Assembly: GCF_000009705.1 (NCBI RefSeq) | Contig: NC_003272.1 | Coordinates: 1,890,001 to 1,922,000 of the forward strand | Length of the DNA stretch: 32,000 bases | DNA from: Nostoc sp. PCC 7120 = FACHB-418 | GTDB taxonomy: Bacteria; Cyanobacteriota; Cyanobacteriia; Cyanobacteriales; Nostocaceae | Direction of reading: 5' to 3' | Shown: piece after piece, positions 16,741-25,900 of the stretch | How positions within the stretch are numbered: position 1 is the first letter of the stretch | How the letters are laid out: every line of letters begins with the position of its first letter | Notes under the pieces: generated by a model | Databases searched by the model: none | The model's input: only the letters and a program-made list of their open reading frames with translations | Told to the model about the DNA's origin: nothing | Made by a program: the position numbers and the translations under genes

Positions 16741-16947
16741 TGAGAGAAAGTTGCACACCGCGTTATGTATTCTTTTGTTCCATGCGGAGTCTTAGCTTAG
16801 GATTGTTGACTTCGCGGAAAAATATATTTAAGTGTTAATACTTCATAAGAAGTATTTTAAAAAACATGATAATTAGAATCAAGTCAAGAGGGTTGGGAAA
16901 ATGTCAATATTGTTGAGTACCCTAGATGAAGTTGCTCGACGAAACTG

Positions 16948-17943
16948 ATGATTGAAGTTGAACATCTAAGTAAAACCTACGGTTCCACCCCAGCAATTAC
17001 TGATGTGACTTTTAGTGTCGAACCTGGGGAGATTTTGGGGTTTTTGGGGCCGAATGGGGCGGGGAAGACGACAACGATGCGAATTTTGGCTGGTTATTTA
17101 CCTGCAAGTAGTGGGACAGCTAAAATTGCTGGTTTTGATGTCCATGACAATTCTTTGGCGGTGCGTCAACGCATTGGTTATTTACCAGAAACCCCGCCGT
17201 TATATACAGATATGACGGTGGAGGGATTTCTGCATTTTGTGGCGCGAATTAAAGGGGTGTCCGCAGGCGATCGCTCTCTCAAGGTAAACGCAGCGATCAA
17301 ACGTTGTAATCTGGAGGATAGGCGTAAAGTAATTATCCGCAAATTATCTAAAGGATATCGTCAAAGGGTGGGTATTGCTCAGGCGATCGTCCATGACCCA
17401 CCAGCAATTATCCTCGATGAACCAACGGTGGGACTCGACCCCAGACAAATCATCGATGTACGGAATTTAATTAAAAGCCTCGCGGGAACCCACACAGTAA
17501 TTCTCTCTACTCACATTCTCCCAGAGGCGAGCATGACCTGTAACCGTGTTGCCATTATCAATCGCGGTAAGGTGGTAGCTACAAACACACCAGAACATTT
17601 GATGACCCAGTTGACAGGTGGATCAGGTTATGAAATTGAAGTTGAGGGGGAAATCACACTAGCCAAGCAGGTATTACAAAAAGTGCCTGGGGTGAGCTTG
17701 GTAGAATCTATTCCTGGTCATCATCTTCCCAGAGAGAACCGTGCATACTTGCGTGTACTCTCAAAACCGGGAAGCGAAGCCGGCAAAGATATCGCCACAA
17801 GTTTAATCAGTTCGGGATTTGGTTTGTATGAAATGCGCCGTGTCAGCGCTACCCTAGAAGATGTCTTCTTGCAACTAACCACAGAAGAAAAGAATCTCAC
17901 ATCTGTGAAGGATTCAGCAACCAACGAAGGAGAAGCAGCGTAA
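16948..17943 (+). CDS. ABC transporter ATP-binding protein (ABC-2 / GldA-like)
   Basis: It has Walker A GPNGAGKTTT, the signature LSKGYRQRVGIAQA and Walker B AIILDEPTVGLD. The TAA stop directly abuts the next ATG at 17944. Confidence 0.9.
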   Translation: MIEVEHLSKTYGSTPAITDVTFSVEPGEILGFLGPNGAGKTTTMRILAGYLPASSGTAKIAGFDVHDNSLAVRQRIGYLPETPPLYTDMTVEGFLHFVARIKGVSAGDRSLKVNAAIKRCNLEDRRKVIIRKLSKGYRQRVGIAQAIVHDPPAIILDEPTVGLDPRQIIDVRNLIKSLAGTHTVILSTHILPEASMTCNRVAIINRGKVVATNTPEHLMTQLTGGSGYEIEVEGEITLAKQVLQKVPGVSLVESIPGHHLPRENRAYLRVLSKPGSEAGKDIATSLISSGFGLYEMRRVSATLEDVFLQLTTEEKNLTSVKDSATNEGEAA

Positions 17944-18756
17944 ATGGGTATAATCCTGAGTAATATTATTGCCATTTATCGCCGAGAGTTACAGAGTTAT
18001 TTTGTCTCACCTTTAGCTTATGCGATCGCCTCTGTATTTTGGTTCATCGCTGGGTTATTCTTAGTGATGATTTTACTGGGGCCAAATGGCATTTTAGTAT
18101 ATGTCGCTTCTTTGGATGTACAAGGACAACAACTAGGAGTACCAGTCCCCCCAATTGATGTGCCGGCGGAATTTATCCAGGCATTTTTAGATCGGTTGGG
18201 TTGGCTACTATTATTTATCTTGCCAGTGTTGTCGATGGGATTGTACGCCGAAGAACGCAAACGCGGCACATTGGAACTTTTAGCCACCTCACCAGTCACT
18301 AATTGGGCAGTAGCCGTTGGTAAATTATTAGGTGTGCTGACATTTTTCATTACTCTAGTTGTACCATTGCTACTATTTGAAGCGATCGCCCTTAGTAGTT
18401 CTAATCCACCAATGCCAGCTACAATACCCCTACTCGCTCATTTGGGGTTAATCTTACTAGCAGCAGCCATTTTATCCTTAGGAATGTTTATTTCTTCCTT
18501 AACCGACAGCACTATCTTGTCTGCTGTCCTCACCTTTGCCCTAGTTTTATTGCTGTTATTTGTGGATGTAATTGCTAAAGGTATCGGTGGCCCCGTAGGA
18601 GACATAATTGGACATTTATCTCTACTAAAACATTACAACACCTTCATTCAAGGCATTTTTGACACCAGCGCCTTAATATTATTTGCCAGTTACATATTTT
18701 TGGGAATCTTTCTCACAGCCCAATCAATTGATGCACTGAGATTTCAGCGTAATTAG
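17944..18756 (+). CDS. ABC-2 type permease (GldF-like)
   Basis: It has six predicted hydrophobic segments and the EERKRGTLELLATSP motif typical of ABC-2 / GldF-like permeases. It appears translationally coupled to the upstream ATPase gene. Confidence 0.8.
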   Translation: MGIILSNIIAIYRRELQSYFVSPLAYAIASVFWFIAGLFLVMILLGPNGILVYVASLDVQGQQLGVPVPPIDVPAEFIQAFLDRLGWLLLFILPVLSMGLYAEERKRGTLELLATSPVTNWAVAVGKLLGVLTFFITLVVPLLLFEAIALSSSNPPMPATIPLLAHLGLILLAAAILSLGMFISSLTDSTILSAVLTFALVLLLLFVDVIAKGIGGPVGDIIGHLSLLKHYNTFIQGIFDTSALILFASYIFLGIFLTAQSIDALRFQRN

Positions 18757-18760
18757 TTCA

Positions 18761-18825
18761 GTTGTGAGTTGTCAGTTGACCAATGACCAATGACCAATGA
18801 CCAATGACCAATGACCAATGACCAA
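18761..18825 (+). repeat. Heptamer array (STRR2 family, TGACCAA = reverse complement of TTGGTCA) filling the permease / GldG-like spacer
   Basis: The array reads gttgtga gttgtca gttgacc followed by aatgacc six times. The last unit supplies the ATG at 18825. Confidence 0.9.
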
Positions 18826-20528
18826 TGAAAATTATTCAACAAAAGCAACTTTGGAAATATTTATTTTGGTTGGGCCCTTTTTTGATTGTCGCGGGTTTAA
18901 CGTCTGGATTAGTTTCTGATACCTGGGGAACAATTACCCTAGTATTATTAATTTCTGGAATTGTCATCATTGGGTTGTGGTTAGCGTGGCAAAGTCAGCG
19001 TAGTCATTGGTGGAAACGACGTTCTACCCAAGCTGGTACTAACGCTCTGGCGGCAACTCTGGCAGTTTTGGTGATTTTGGGACTGATAAACTTTTTAGGG
19101 AGTCGCTACCAAATACGGGCAGACTTAACAGAAGCCCAGCTATTTACCCTATCACCACAGTCACAGCAACTGGTGCAAAATCTCCCACAACCAGTAAAAG
19201 TTTGGGTGTTTGATGTCATCCAAAATCCCCAAGACCGACAAATTTTAGAAAATTATCGCCGCAAAAGTCCTAACTTTCAGTTTGAGTATATTAATCCCCA
19301 AACTAGACCAGGACTAGCGGAAAAGTTTGGCGTTAAAGATTATGGTGAGGTTTATTTAGAATCTGGCAACAGACGACAATTAGTGCAAACCCTGAATGTG
19401 AATGAACGTCTGTCAGAAATTCGGTTAACTAATCGCCTACAACAAATTATTAGCGATCGCACTGCCAAAGTCTACTTCCTGCAAGGTCACGGCGAACACC
19501 CAATTACTGCGGGTGAAGGTGCAATCTCTCAAGCAGTCCAAGCATTGGGTGATAAAAACTATAATTCCTCACCTTTGAATTTAGTAGAAAATGCCAAAGT
19601 GCCTGATGATGCTGACGTTGTAGTCCTAGCAGGCCCAAAACGCGGATTATTTGACGCAGAAGTCAAAGCATTACAAGACTATCTCAATCGTGGTGGTAAC
19701 GCTCTACTCATGATTGACCCCAGCACTAACCCCAATCTCAACAGCTTACTGCAAGAATGGGGTGTACGCTTAGATGATCGTTTAGCCGTCGATGTCTCTG
19801 GAACTGGCGCACAACTCGGCCCTGCTGCACCTATAGTTACAGATTACGGACAACACCCGATTACAAAAGAGTTTGGTAACAATATTTCCTTTTATCCCCT
19901 AGCCAGACCTTTAGAAATTACTCCGGTAGCTGGTGTAGAGTCTACCCCATTATTAAAAACCAAAGCGTATCCCAACAGTTGGGCAGAAAGCGACCTACAA
20001 AACGAAAATTTGCAGTTTAACCCCGAAAAAGACCTGAAAGGGCCTTTAACCTTGGGTGTAGCTTTAACTAGAACACTACCAGCCCCATCTAGTCCCACTC
20101 CTTCACCATCCCCAATAAACCAAACTCCAGCAAACCCTACTCCTTCACCATCCCCAATAACAACAACACCAGCAAACCCCACGCCTTCACCATCCCCAAT
20201 AACACCAACTCCAGCAAATCTCACTCCCCCAAGCGAACAGAAGCCTGAAAAACCAGCCACCGAATCACGGCTAGTAGTGATAGGGAATTCAGAATTTGTC
20301 ACCAACACCATATTTCAACAACAATTAAATGGGGATGTCTTCCTTAACTCCGTCACCTGGCTAAGTCAGCAAGACCAGCAACCCCTTTCGATTCGTCCCA
20401 AAGAACCAAAAAATAGACGAATGAACCTATCCACCTCACAAGCCAACCTCTTAACATTATCCTCTCTGTTCGTTTTACCCTTACTCGGCTTAGTCACCGC
20501 CGCCACCATCTGGTGGAAGCGTAGATAA
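18825..20528 (+). CDS. GldG-like auxiliary component of the ABC-2 system (COG3225 family)
   Basis: It has N- and C-terminal TM anchors and a large middle domain (YFLQGHGEH, VVVLAGPK, GGNALLMIDP). A Pro/Thr/Ser linker carries three 14-aa repeats. Its position after the GldA/GldF-like genes supports the call. Confidence 0.75.
   Translation: MKIIQQKQLWKYLFWLGPFLIVAGLTSGLVSDTWGTITLVLLISGIVIIGLWLAWQSQRSHWWKRRSTQAGTNALAATLAVLVILGLINFLGSRYQIRADLTEAQLFTLSPQSQQLVQNLPQPVKVWVFDVIQNPQDRQILENYRRKSPNFQFEYINPQTRPGLAEKFGVKDYGEVYLESGNRRQLVQTLNVNERLSEIRLTNRLQQIISDRTAKVYFLQGHGEHPITAGEGAISQAVQALGDKNYNSSPLNLVENAKVPDDADVVVLAGPKRGLFDAEVKALQDYLNRGGNALLMIDPSTNPNLNSLLQEWGVRLDDRLAVDVSGTGAQLGPAAPIVTDYGQHPITKEFGNNISFYPLARPLEITPVAGVESTPLLKTKAYPNSWAESDLQNENLQFNPEKDLKGPLTLGVALTRTLPAPSSPTPSPSPINQTPANPTPSPSPITTTPANPTPSPSPITPTPANLTPPSEQKPEKPATESRLVVIGNSEFVTNTIFQQQLNGDVFLNSVTWLSQQDQQPLSIRPKEPKNRRMNLSTSQANLLTLSSLFVLPLLGLVTAATIWWKRR
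20094..20219 (+). repeat. Three tandem 42-bp repeats encoding PTPSPSPIxxTPAN (linker)
   Basis: The copies begin at 20094, 20136 and 20178: cccactccttcaccatccccaataaaccaaactccagcaaac, cctactcc... and cccacgcc... Confidence 0.85.
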
Positions 20529-20537
20529 GAGGAGTTA

Positions 20538-20572
20538 ACTGTTGACTGTTGACCCATGACCAATGAGCAATG
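20538..20572 (+). repeat. Heptamer array (STRR3-type ACTGTTG grading into ACCAATG) in the GldG-like / DUF4340 spacer
   Basis: The array reads actgttg actgttg acccatg accaatg agcaatg. The final ATG at 20570 is the start codon of the next CDS. Confidence 0.8.
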
Positions 20573-21169
20573 ACTAAAAAGACTTTAATTTTAATATTGT
20601 TAGCCCTGGGGTTGGGTGGTTTTGTTTATTTCTGGGAAATTCGAGGTGCTACTCAGCGAGAAGAGGCTAGGGAGAATCAACAGCAAATCTTTTCTTTTAC
20701 AGAAGATGATGTCCAGTCTCTAACTGTAAAAACTCAGAAACTTACGGTGAATTTGGAACGGAACCCGCAGTCTAATCAGCCTAAGTGGTTGCTTAAATCT
20801 CCTGTATCAGAACCTGCAAACGAGCCTATAGTTAGTTATTTGATGGATTTATTGGTAAAAGGAAAGAGTACGAATACTATATCAACACCAGCTAACCAAA
20901 TAGCCGAATTTGGTTTAGACCAACCCCAAGCCACCATCAACATTAACCTCAAAAATCAAAAAACCCATCAGTTAAGTCTGGGCAAGCCTGATTTTAACCG
21001 TCGTTTTGTCTATGCCCAAGCTGACCCTAGACCTCAACCAAATGGTAAGGTAAATGTGCTATTGGTATCTACAGATTTTGAAAATGCTGTCAATAGAGAA
21101 CTATCAGAGTGGAAACAACCTGTAAGCTTGGATAAAGTTGAACCACAATCCACGCCAAATCTACCTTAA
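20570..21169 (+). CDS. DUF4340 domain protein (N-terminal membrane anchor), last gene of the GldAFG-like operon
   Basis: The start MTKKTLILILLALGLGGFVYFWE and the F..FxxDDVQSLTV block are typical of DUF4340 proteins that follow GldG-like genes. Confidence 0.65.
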   Translation: MTKKTLILILLALGLGGFVYFWEIRGATQREEARENQQQIFSFTEDDVQSLTVKTQKLTVNLERNPQSNQPKWLLKSPVSEPANEPIVSYLMDLLVKGKSTNTISTPANQIAEFGLDQPQATININLKNQKTHQLSLGKPDFNRRFVYAQADPRPQPNGKVNVLLVSTDFENAVNRELSEWKQPVSLDKVEPQSTPNLP

Positions 21170-21248
21170 CCAACTCCCACCAATAGCCAATAAGCAGATA
21201 TACAGATAAAATTCAGAATTCACCCTTAGGGTATTTTGAATTTCAAAT

Positions 21249-22118
21249 TTGGAGCGAACTGACGTGACCAACCCGACTGCAACTCTACTAATTTCATGTC
21301 CCGACCAACGGGGATTAGTCGCTAAAATCGCTAACTTTATCTACGCTAATGGTGGGAATATTATTCACGCTGACCAACATACCGATTTTGCGGCTGGGTT
21401 ATTCCTCACGCGCATTGAATGGCAGTTAGAGGGTTTCAATTTGCCGCGAGAGATTATTGGGGCCGCGTTTAATGCCATCGCTCAACCTCTAGGCGCTAAG
21501 TGGGAACTACATTTTTCTGATACAATCCCACGTATTGCCATTTGGGTAAGTCGCCAAGACCATTGCCTTTATGATTTAATTTGGCGACAACGCGCCAAAG
21601 AAATTGCGGTTGAGATTCCTTTAATTATTAGTAACCATCCCCATTTAAAAGTAGTTGCAGATCAATTTGGCATCGACTTTCGCCACATTCCTATTAATAA
21701 AGATAACAAAGCGGAACAGGAAGCCCAACAATTAGAATTACTGCAACAATATGAAATTGATTTAGTTGTATTAGCAAAATATATGCAAATTGTTAGTGCA
21801 GACTTTATTACGAAATTTCCGCAAATTATTAATATTCATCACTCATTCTTACCAGCATTCGTAGGCGCAAACCCCTACCATAGAGCCTTTGAACGCGGCG
21901 TGAAAGTTATTGGTGCCACAGCTCACTATGCTACTCCGGAATTAGATGCTGGGCCAATTATTGAACAAGATGTAGTCAGAGTTAGCCACCGCGATGAAGT
22001 TGAGGATTTAATTAGAAAGGGTAAGGATTTAGAAAGAGTCGTTTTAGCCAGAGCCGTGCGCCTACATCTGCAAAATCGGGTTTTAGTTTATGGAAATCGC
22101 ACTGTAGTTTTTGAATGA
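21249..22118 (+). CDS. purU: Formyltetrahydrofolate deformylase
   Basis: It has an N-terminal ACT-like region (LLISCPDQRGLVAKIANFIYANGGNIIHADQH) and a formyltransferase core (IINIHHSFLPAFVGANPYHRAFERGVKVIGATAHY). The ORF-track start is TTG at 21249, and a GTG at 21264 is equally plausible. Confidence 0.9.
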   Translation: MERTDVTNPTATLLISCPDQRGLVAKIANFIYANGGNIIHADQHTDFAAGLFLTRIEWQLEGFNLPREIIGAAFNAIAQPLGAKWELHFSDTIPRIAIWVSRQDHCLYDLIWRQRAKEIAVEIPLIISNHPHLKVVADQFGIDFRHIPINKDNKAEQEAQQLELLQQYEIDLVVLAKYMQIVSADFITKFPQIINIHHSFLPAFVGANPYHRAFERGVKVIGATAHYATPELDAGPIIEQDVVRVSHRDEVEDLIRKGKDLERVVLARAVRLHLQNRVLVYGNRTVVFE

Positions 22119-22176
22119 AAGTTGGGTGTAAAGACTAATCAATTCAAAATTCCAAAGCACATCTTTTCATGGTGGC

Positions 22177-22219
22177 TGTTGACAGTTGACAGTTAACCGT
22201 CAACTGTCAACTGTCAACA
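22177..22219. repeat. Perfect 18-bp inverted repeat built from STRR3 heptamers (hairpin)
   Basis: The left arm is tgttgacagttgacagtt (22177-22194), the 7-nt loop is aaccgtc, and the right arm is aactgtcaactgtcaaca (22202-22219). It starts 59 nt after the purU stop. No T-run follows it. Confidence 0.85.
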
Positions 22220-22357
22220 AACCATACAAGTGACTATGTAATTTAAAAGCTTCATAGCTTATCAGACTTTTGATTGAAGCTTTATCTACCCTGAGTTAGA
22301 AGGCTCCCCTTGAGAAGCTATAGGGATAATTTATGTAGTTTCTATGAGGGCTAGCAC

Positions 22358-22666
22358 ATGAAACGTTTAGCATCTATCGTTATGGCGCTGTTTCTGGGAA
22401 CTGCGGCTGTTGCTGCTCTCCCTTCTGAGTCTCAAGCTGATCCAGGAAGAGGTTACTTGTATCCAAAACGAGACTCTTCTTACTATTACCGCGAAAGAAG
22501 TTACTCATACCCTCAGCGAGATTATCCTTCCCATCACTACAAAAAACCGCATTATCATCATCACCGACACCATCACCCTAATTATTATTGGGGTAACAGA
22601 GATTATGGGAGACGGGGTGTATATGGGAAGTATCAATACCGCTCTCCTTACTACTACTACCGCTAA
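22358..22666 (+). CDS. Small secreted Tyr/His/Arg-rich low-complexity protein (102 aa)
   Basis: GAGGG lies 8 nt upstream of the ATG. There is a clear Sec signal peptide, MKRLASIVMALFLGTAAVAALPSESQA|DP. By my count the mature ~75 aa contain about 20 Tyr, 9 His and 11 Arg. Confidence 0.6.
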   Translation: MKRLASIVMALFLGTAAVAALPSESQADPGRGYLYPKRDSSYYYRERSYSYPQRDYPSHHYKKPHYHHHRHHHPNYYWGNRDYGRRGVYGKYQYRSPYYYYR

Positions 22667-22838
22667 ACTATGTTGAGATATCAATCAGTCTGGTGTTGTT
22701 GAATTGGTAGTTAATTGAAACTCCCCTGCCTGAGTAATTTTTACTACAGTCACTTGGAAGAAAAGGCAGGGGATTCTTAGCCGTTGTTTACCAAGTTATA
22801 TGACCGCTTGATAAATTAACGGCATTAAAAAATCACTG

Positions 22839-22865
22839 ATAAACCCTTGCCAAGTAAGGGTTTAT
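22839..22865 (-). terminator. Candidate terminator of the HstK-like gene
   Basis: The 10-bp stem is ataaaccctt / aagggtttat with a 7-nt loop. It lies 42 nt past the stop at 22907. On the minus strand it is followed by cagtgatttttta. Confidence 0.5.
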
Positions 22866-22906
22866 AGGTTGCGTCCCTAGAGGATAAGTTAGACCTTACC
22901 GCGAAC

Positions 22907-25900
22907 TTAGAGGGGAATTGCAATAGCAAATTCTGTCCCTTCTCCCAAGATAGAATTAACCTTGATTGTCCCACCATGTTTTTCTGTGATAATTTGACGA
23001 GCGATCGCCAGTCCCAATCCTGTACCTTTACCGACTCCTTTTGTGGTAAACAAATGATCAAATATTTTTTGTTGGACTTGGGCGCTCATTCCTTTGCCAT
23101 TATCTCGGATTCGGATAGAAACTTGGTTGGAAATTGCTTCAGTACGAATAGTAATTTTCTGGGGATGAGTTTGCATTTCGGTAAATGTGTGCATTTGAGC
23201 CATCTCGTCAAACATATCAATAGCGTTTGCCAAGATATTCATAAATACTTGGTTTAATTGACCAGGGAAGCATTCGACTGGCGGAATTTTGCCGTATTCT
23301 TTCTGAATAATGATTTCAGGACGGTGTTGGTTGGCTTTAATGCGGTATTTTAAAATCATGATGGTACTATCAAGACCTTCATGTATGTCAGCACTCACTG
23401 TGTGGTCGGTGTCAGCACGGGAGAAGGTACGCAAACTGGTACTAATAGATGTGATCCGCTTAGTTGCTTCAGTCATGGAATTAAGCAACTTGGGTAAATC
23501 AGCCACTAAAAATTCTAAATCTATCTCTTCGGCGTTGTCTTGAATTGGTGCTACAGGTTGGGAATAGTGTTGTTGATAGAGTTGTAAATGTCCGATTAAA
23601 TCGTGGACATATTCTTTGGCATTGCTGATACTACCGTTAAGGAAACCGATGGGGTTGTTAACTTCGTGTGCAACTCCGGCAACTAGGTTACCTAAAGATG
23701 CCATTTTTTCACTTTGGACTATGTGCAGTTGGGATTGTTCTAACTGTTGAGCATAAGTTTGGGCTTGCTGATAAAGGCGAGCATTTTCCAGAGAGATGGC
23801 TGCTTGAGTACAGAGGAAGTTGAGGATGAGGATGCGATCGCTCGTAAATACAGCACGGGTGGAGCAATTCTTCAAATACAAAATCCCAATTAAATTTCCT
23901 TGATTTAAAATTGGCAAGCACAGCACACTCTGTGGTTGTTGCTGATGTAAATACTCATCAATTACAGGTAAATCGGTTTTGAGTTCGTCAATCACCACAA
24001 TGTCTTGGGTGTTTTTGACATACTGTATTAGCTTGACGGGTAAGTTAAGATTACCCTCCACAGGTTCGGAACAAAGTTCTGTGAAGTCAGTTGTTGCAAT
24101 GGCGCGCAGGAGCCATTCTCCTCGACTATTAGGTAGGATTAAGGCGCAGCGATCGCCACCAGAGTTGTGCAGAATAATCTGAGTTAGTTGTTGCAGTAGT
24201 TCATCTAATTGAATAGTGCTGGAGAGGCTTTGAGAGGCTTTGAGGATGGCTGCAAAATCAAGGGCTGTATTAATCCTGGTGCTGGATGAGCGGCTGGTTG
24301 ATGTGGAGGAGTGAATCGAGATATTGGGGATATCAATTGAGGTTAGGGTTACTAAGGGACTGACAGTTGGTGCTGCTTTCTGGAAAATGGGAGATAGTAA
24401 ATTGGGATAGCGATGTTCTAGATCATCTACTTTGGCTTTTGCACCCCAATGGGCATAACAGTAGTAAGCTTCTTCCATATAGCTGGTGGCTATCTTCTGT
24501 TTACCCCAATCAAGGTAGAATTTGGCGGCGAGCTGATTTGCTAGAGCTTCTTCTTGAAAATAGGTGTTGGCTTTAGCTTCGGCAATGGCGCGATCGTAAT
24601 TTTCTATAGCCCCTAAAGAATTGCCTACAACCCGATCCATTTCCGCCTGAACCAAACAAGATAGATGTAGGAAATTAACAGGGTTATTTTGTGACCAAAC
24701 CGCTAATTTTTGCTGATATGTAGAAATTTTCTCCCAAGCACTTTGCTGTTGTTGTTCCGACAAAGTGGGATAGCGGGTCAGTAATAAAAGCGCATGAATA
24801 AAGCAATGGTGAACGTAGGGTAATAATCCTTGGGGCGCTACGTTAATAATTTCTGACTCAGCTTGCTCGCTGTAGAAGAATGCTTCCTCCACCCGTTCAG
24901 AACAAAAGAGAATTTGGCTTTTGAGGATGTTGTAAATACAAATTACTTGCCAATTTTTATGCTGGCGACATTGCTCTAAATAGTTAGACTCACTAATATC
25001 AGTCGTTGTCCCCATCAATTCAGCTAAGATTATTTGTCCACCCAAAAATAGATCGATCGCCCACTGGTTTTTATATTTTCGACTGAAAGCCAAGGATTCC
25101 ACTATTTCGGTAAACAGTTGTTCTAGATGAACGCTTTGATAAAATCGACAATACATATTATGCCCGAACGCATAAGCTGCATATTGCAAATTACTGGACT
25201 CTAAACCTACTCGATAGGATGATAGATAATCTTCGGTAGCAACAGAGAGGGGATGAGACCAATGTCTCAAAGAGCTACCAATCATCAGATAAGCAACACT
25301 TTCGGCAGATTTATTATTAAATGTTTGGATTAATTGGAGTGTAACATCCAGCAGTTCACTTGTACCTTGATAATTACTCAAGGCGTATCCTCGTAAGCCA
25401 CCAAAAGCCGGATAGATATAACCAATTTCTGGGGTATTACCATACTGCAAGCACAAATTAACCGCTTTGGCACAAATGACAGACCAGAGTCTTTGGTGAG
25501 AACGATAGGTTGGTGGCCCCATACTAATTAATAGCTTGATTGCCATTTTTTGCTCTGGTTGGGACATCATTGGCAAATCAATCAATTCGGAAAATGAACG
25601 CTGTTTTAAGGTTGCTTGAATGATTGCTAATTCGGCATCACGTACTATGTCAAAATCTGCATCAGGAAGATCAATATTAATTAAAGCAAGTGCTTGGCGA
25701 CCGGCTTGGATGGCTTCTGGATAATTGGCTTGCAGAGTATGTTGCACGATCGCCATATTGTAAACTTCAGCTTTTTCTAAGGGCGCTTTGGCCTTGCCTA
25801 TGGTCTCTTGCAGCCAACATTCGGCTGCGGCAAAATTACCATTTAAATACTCTACTTCTGCCCTTTCTTTAAACAATGTCAAGCTAAGATGATAATCAAT

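Noticed and set aside
16598-16795. The 65-aa ORF in the Uma2 / ABC intergenic region.
   Set aside because: It is translated straight through GC hairpin dispersed repeats (PLSKPLPEAERGFES...GKGLGVRF). It has no RBS and no plausible fold, and its composition is typical of repeat read-through.
18761-18825. A tandem repeat array that could superficially be taken for a CRISPR or minisatellite locus.
   Set aside because: The units are contiguous 7-mers with no spacers. This is the STRR heptamer class, not CRISPR. No cas genes are present.
22410-22676. An alternative-frame 88-aa ORF overlapping the Tyr/His-rich gene.
   Set aside because: It has no signal peptide or RBS. It is a by-product of the repetitive TAC/CAT-rich codon usage of the 22358 frame, which has both.
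22722-22773. The inverted repeat tcccctgcc ... ggcagggga between the convergent small-protein and HstK-like genes, considered as a terminator.
   Set aside because: The 9-bp stem encloses a 34-nt loop and has no U-tract on either strand. It may still be a structured element, but it does not meet intrinsic-terminator criteria. The hairpin at 22839-22865 is the better candidate.
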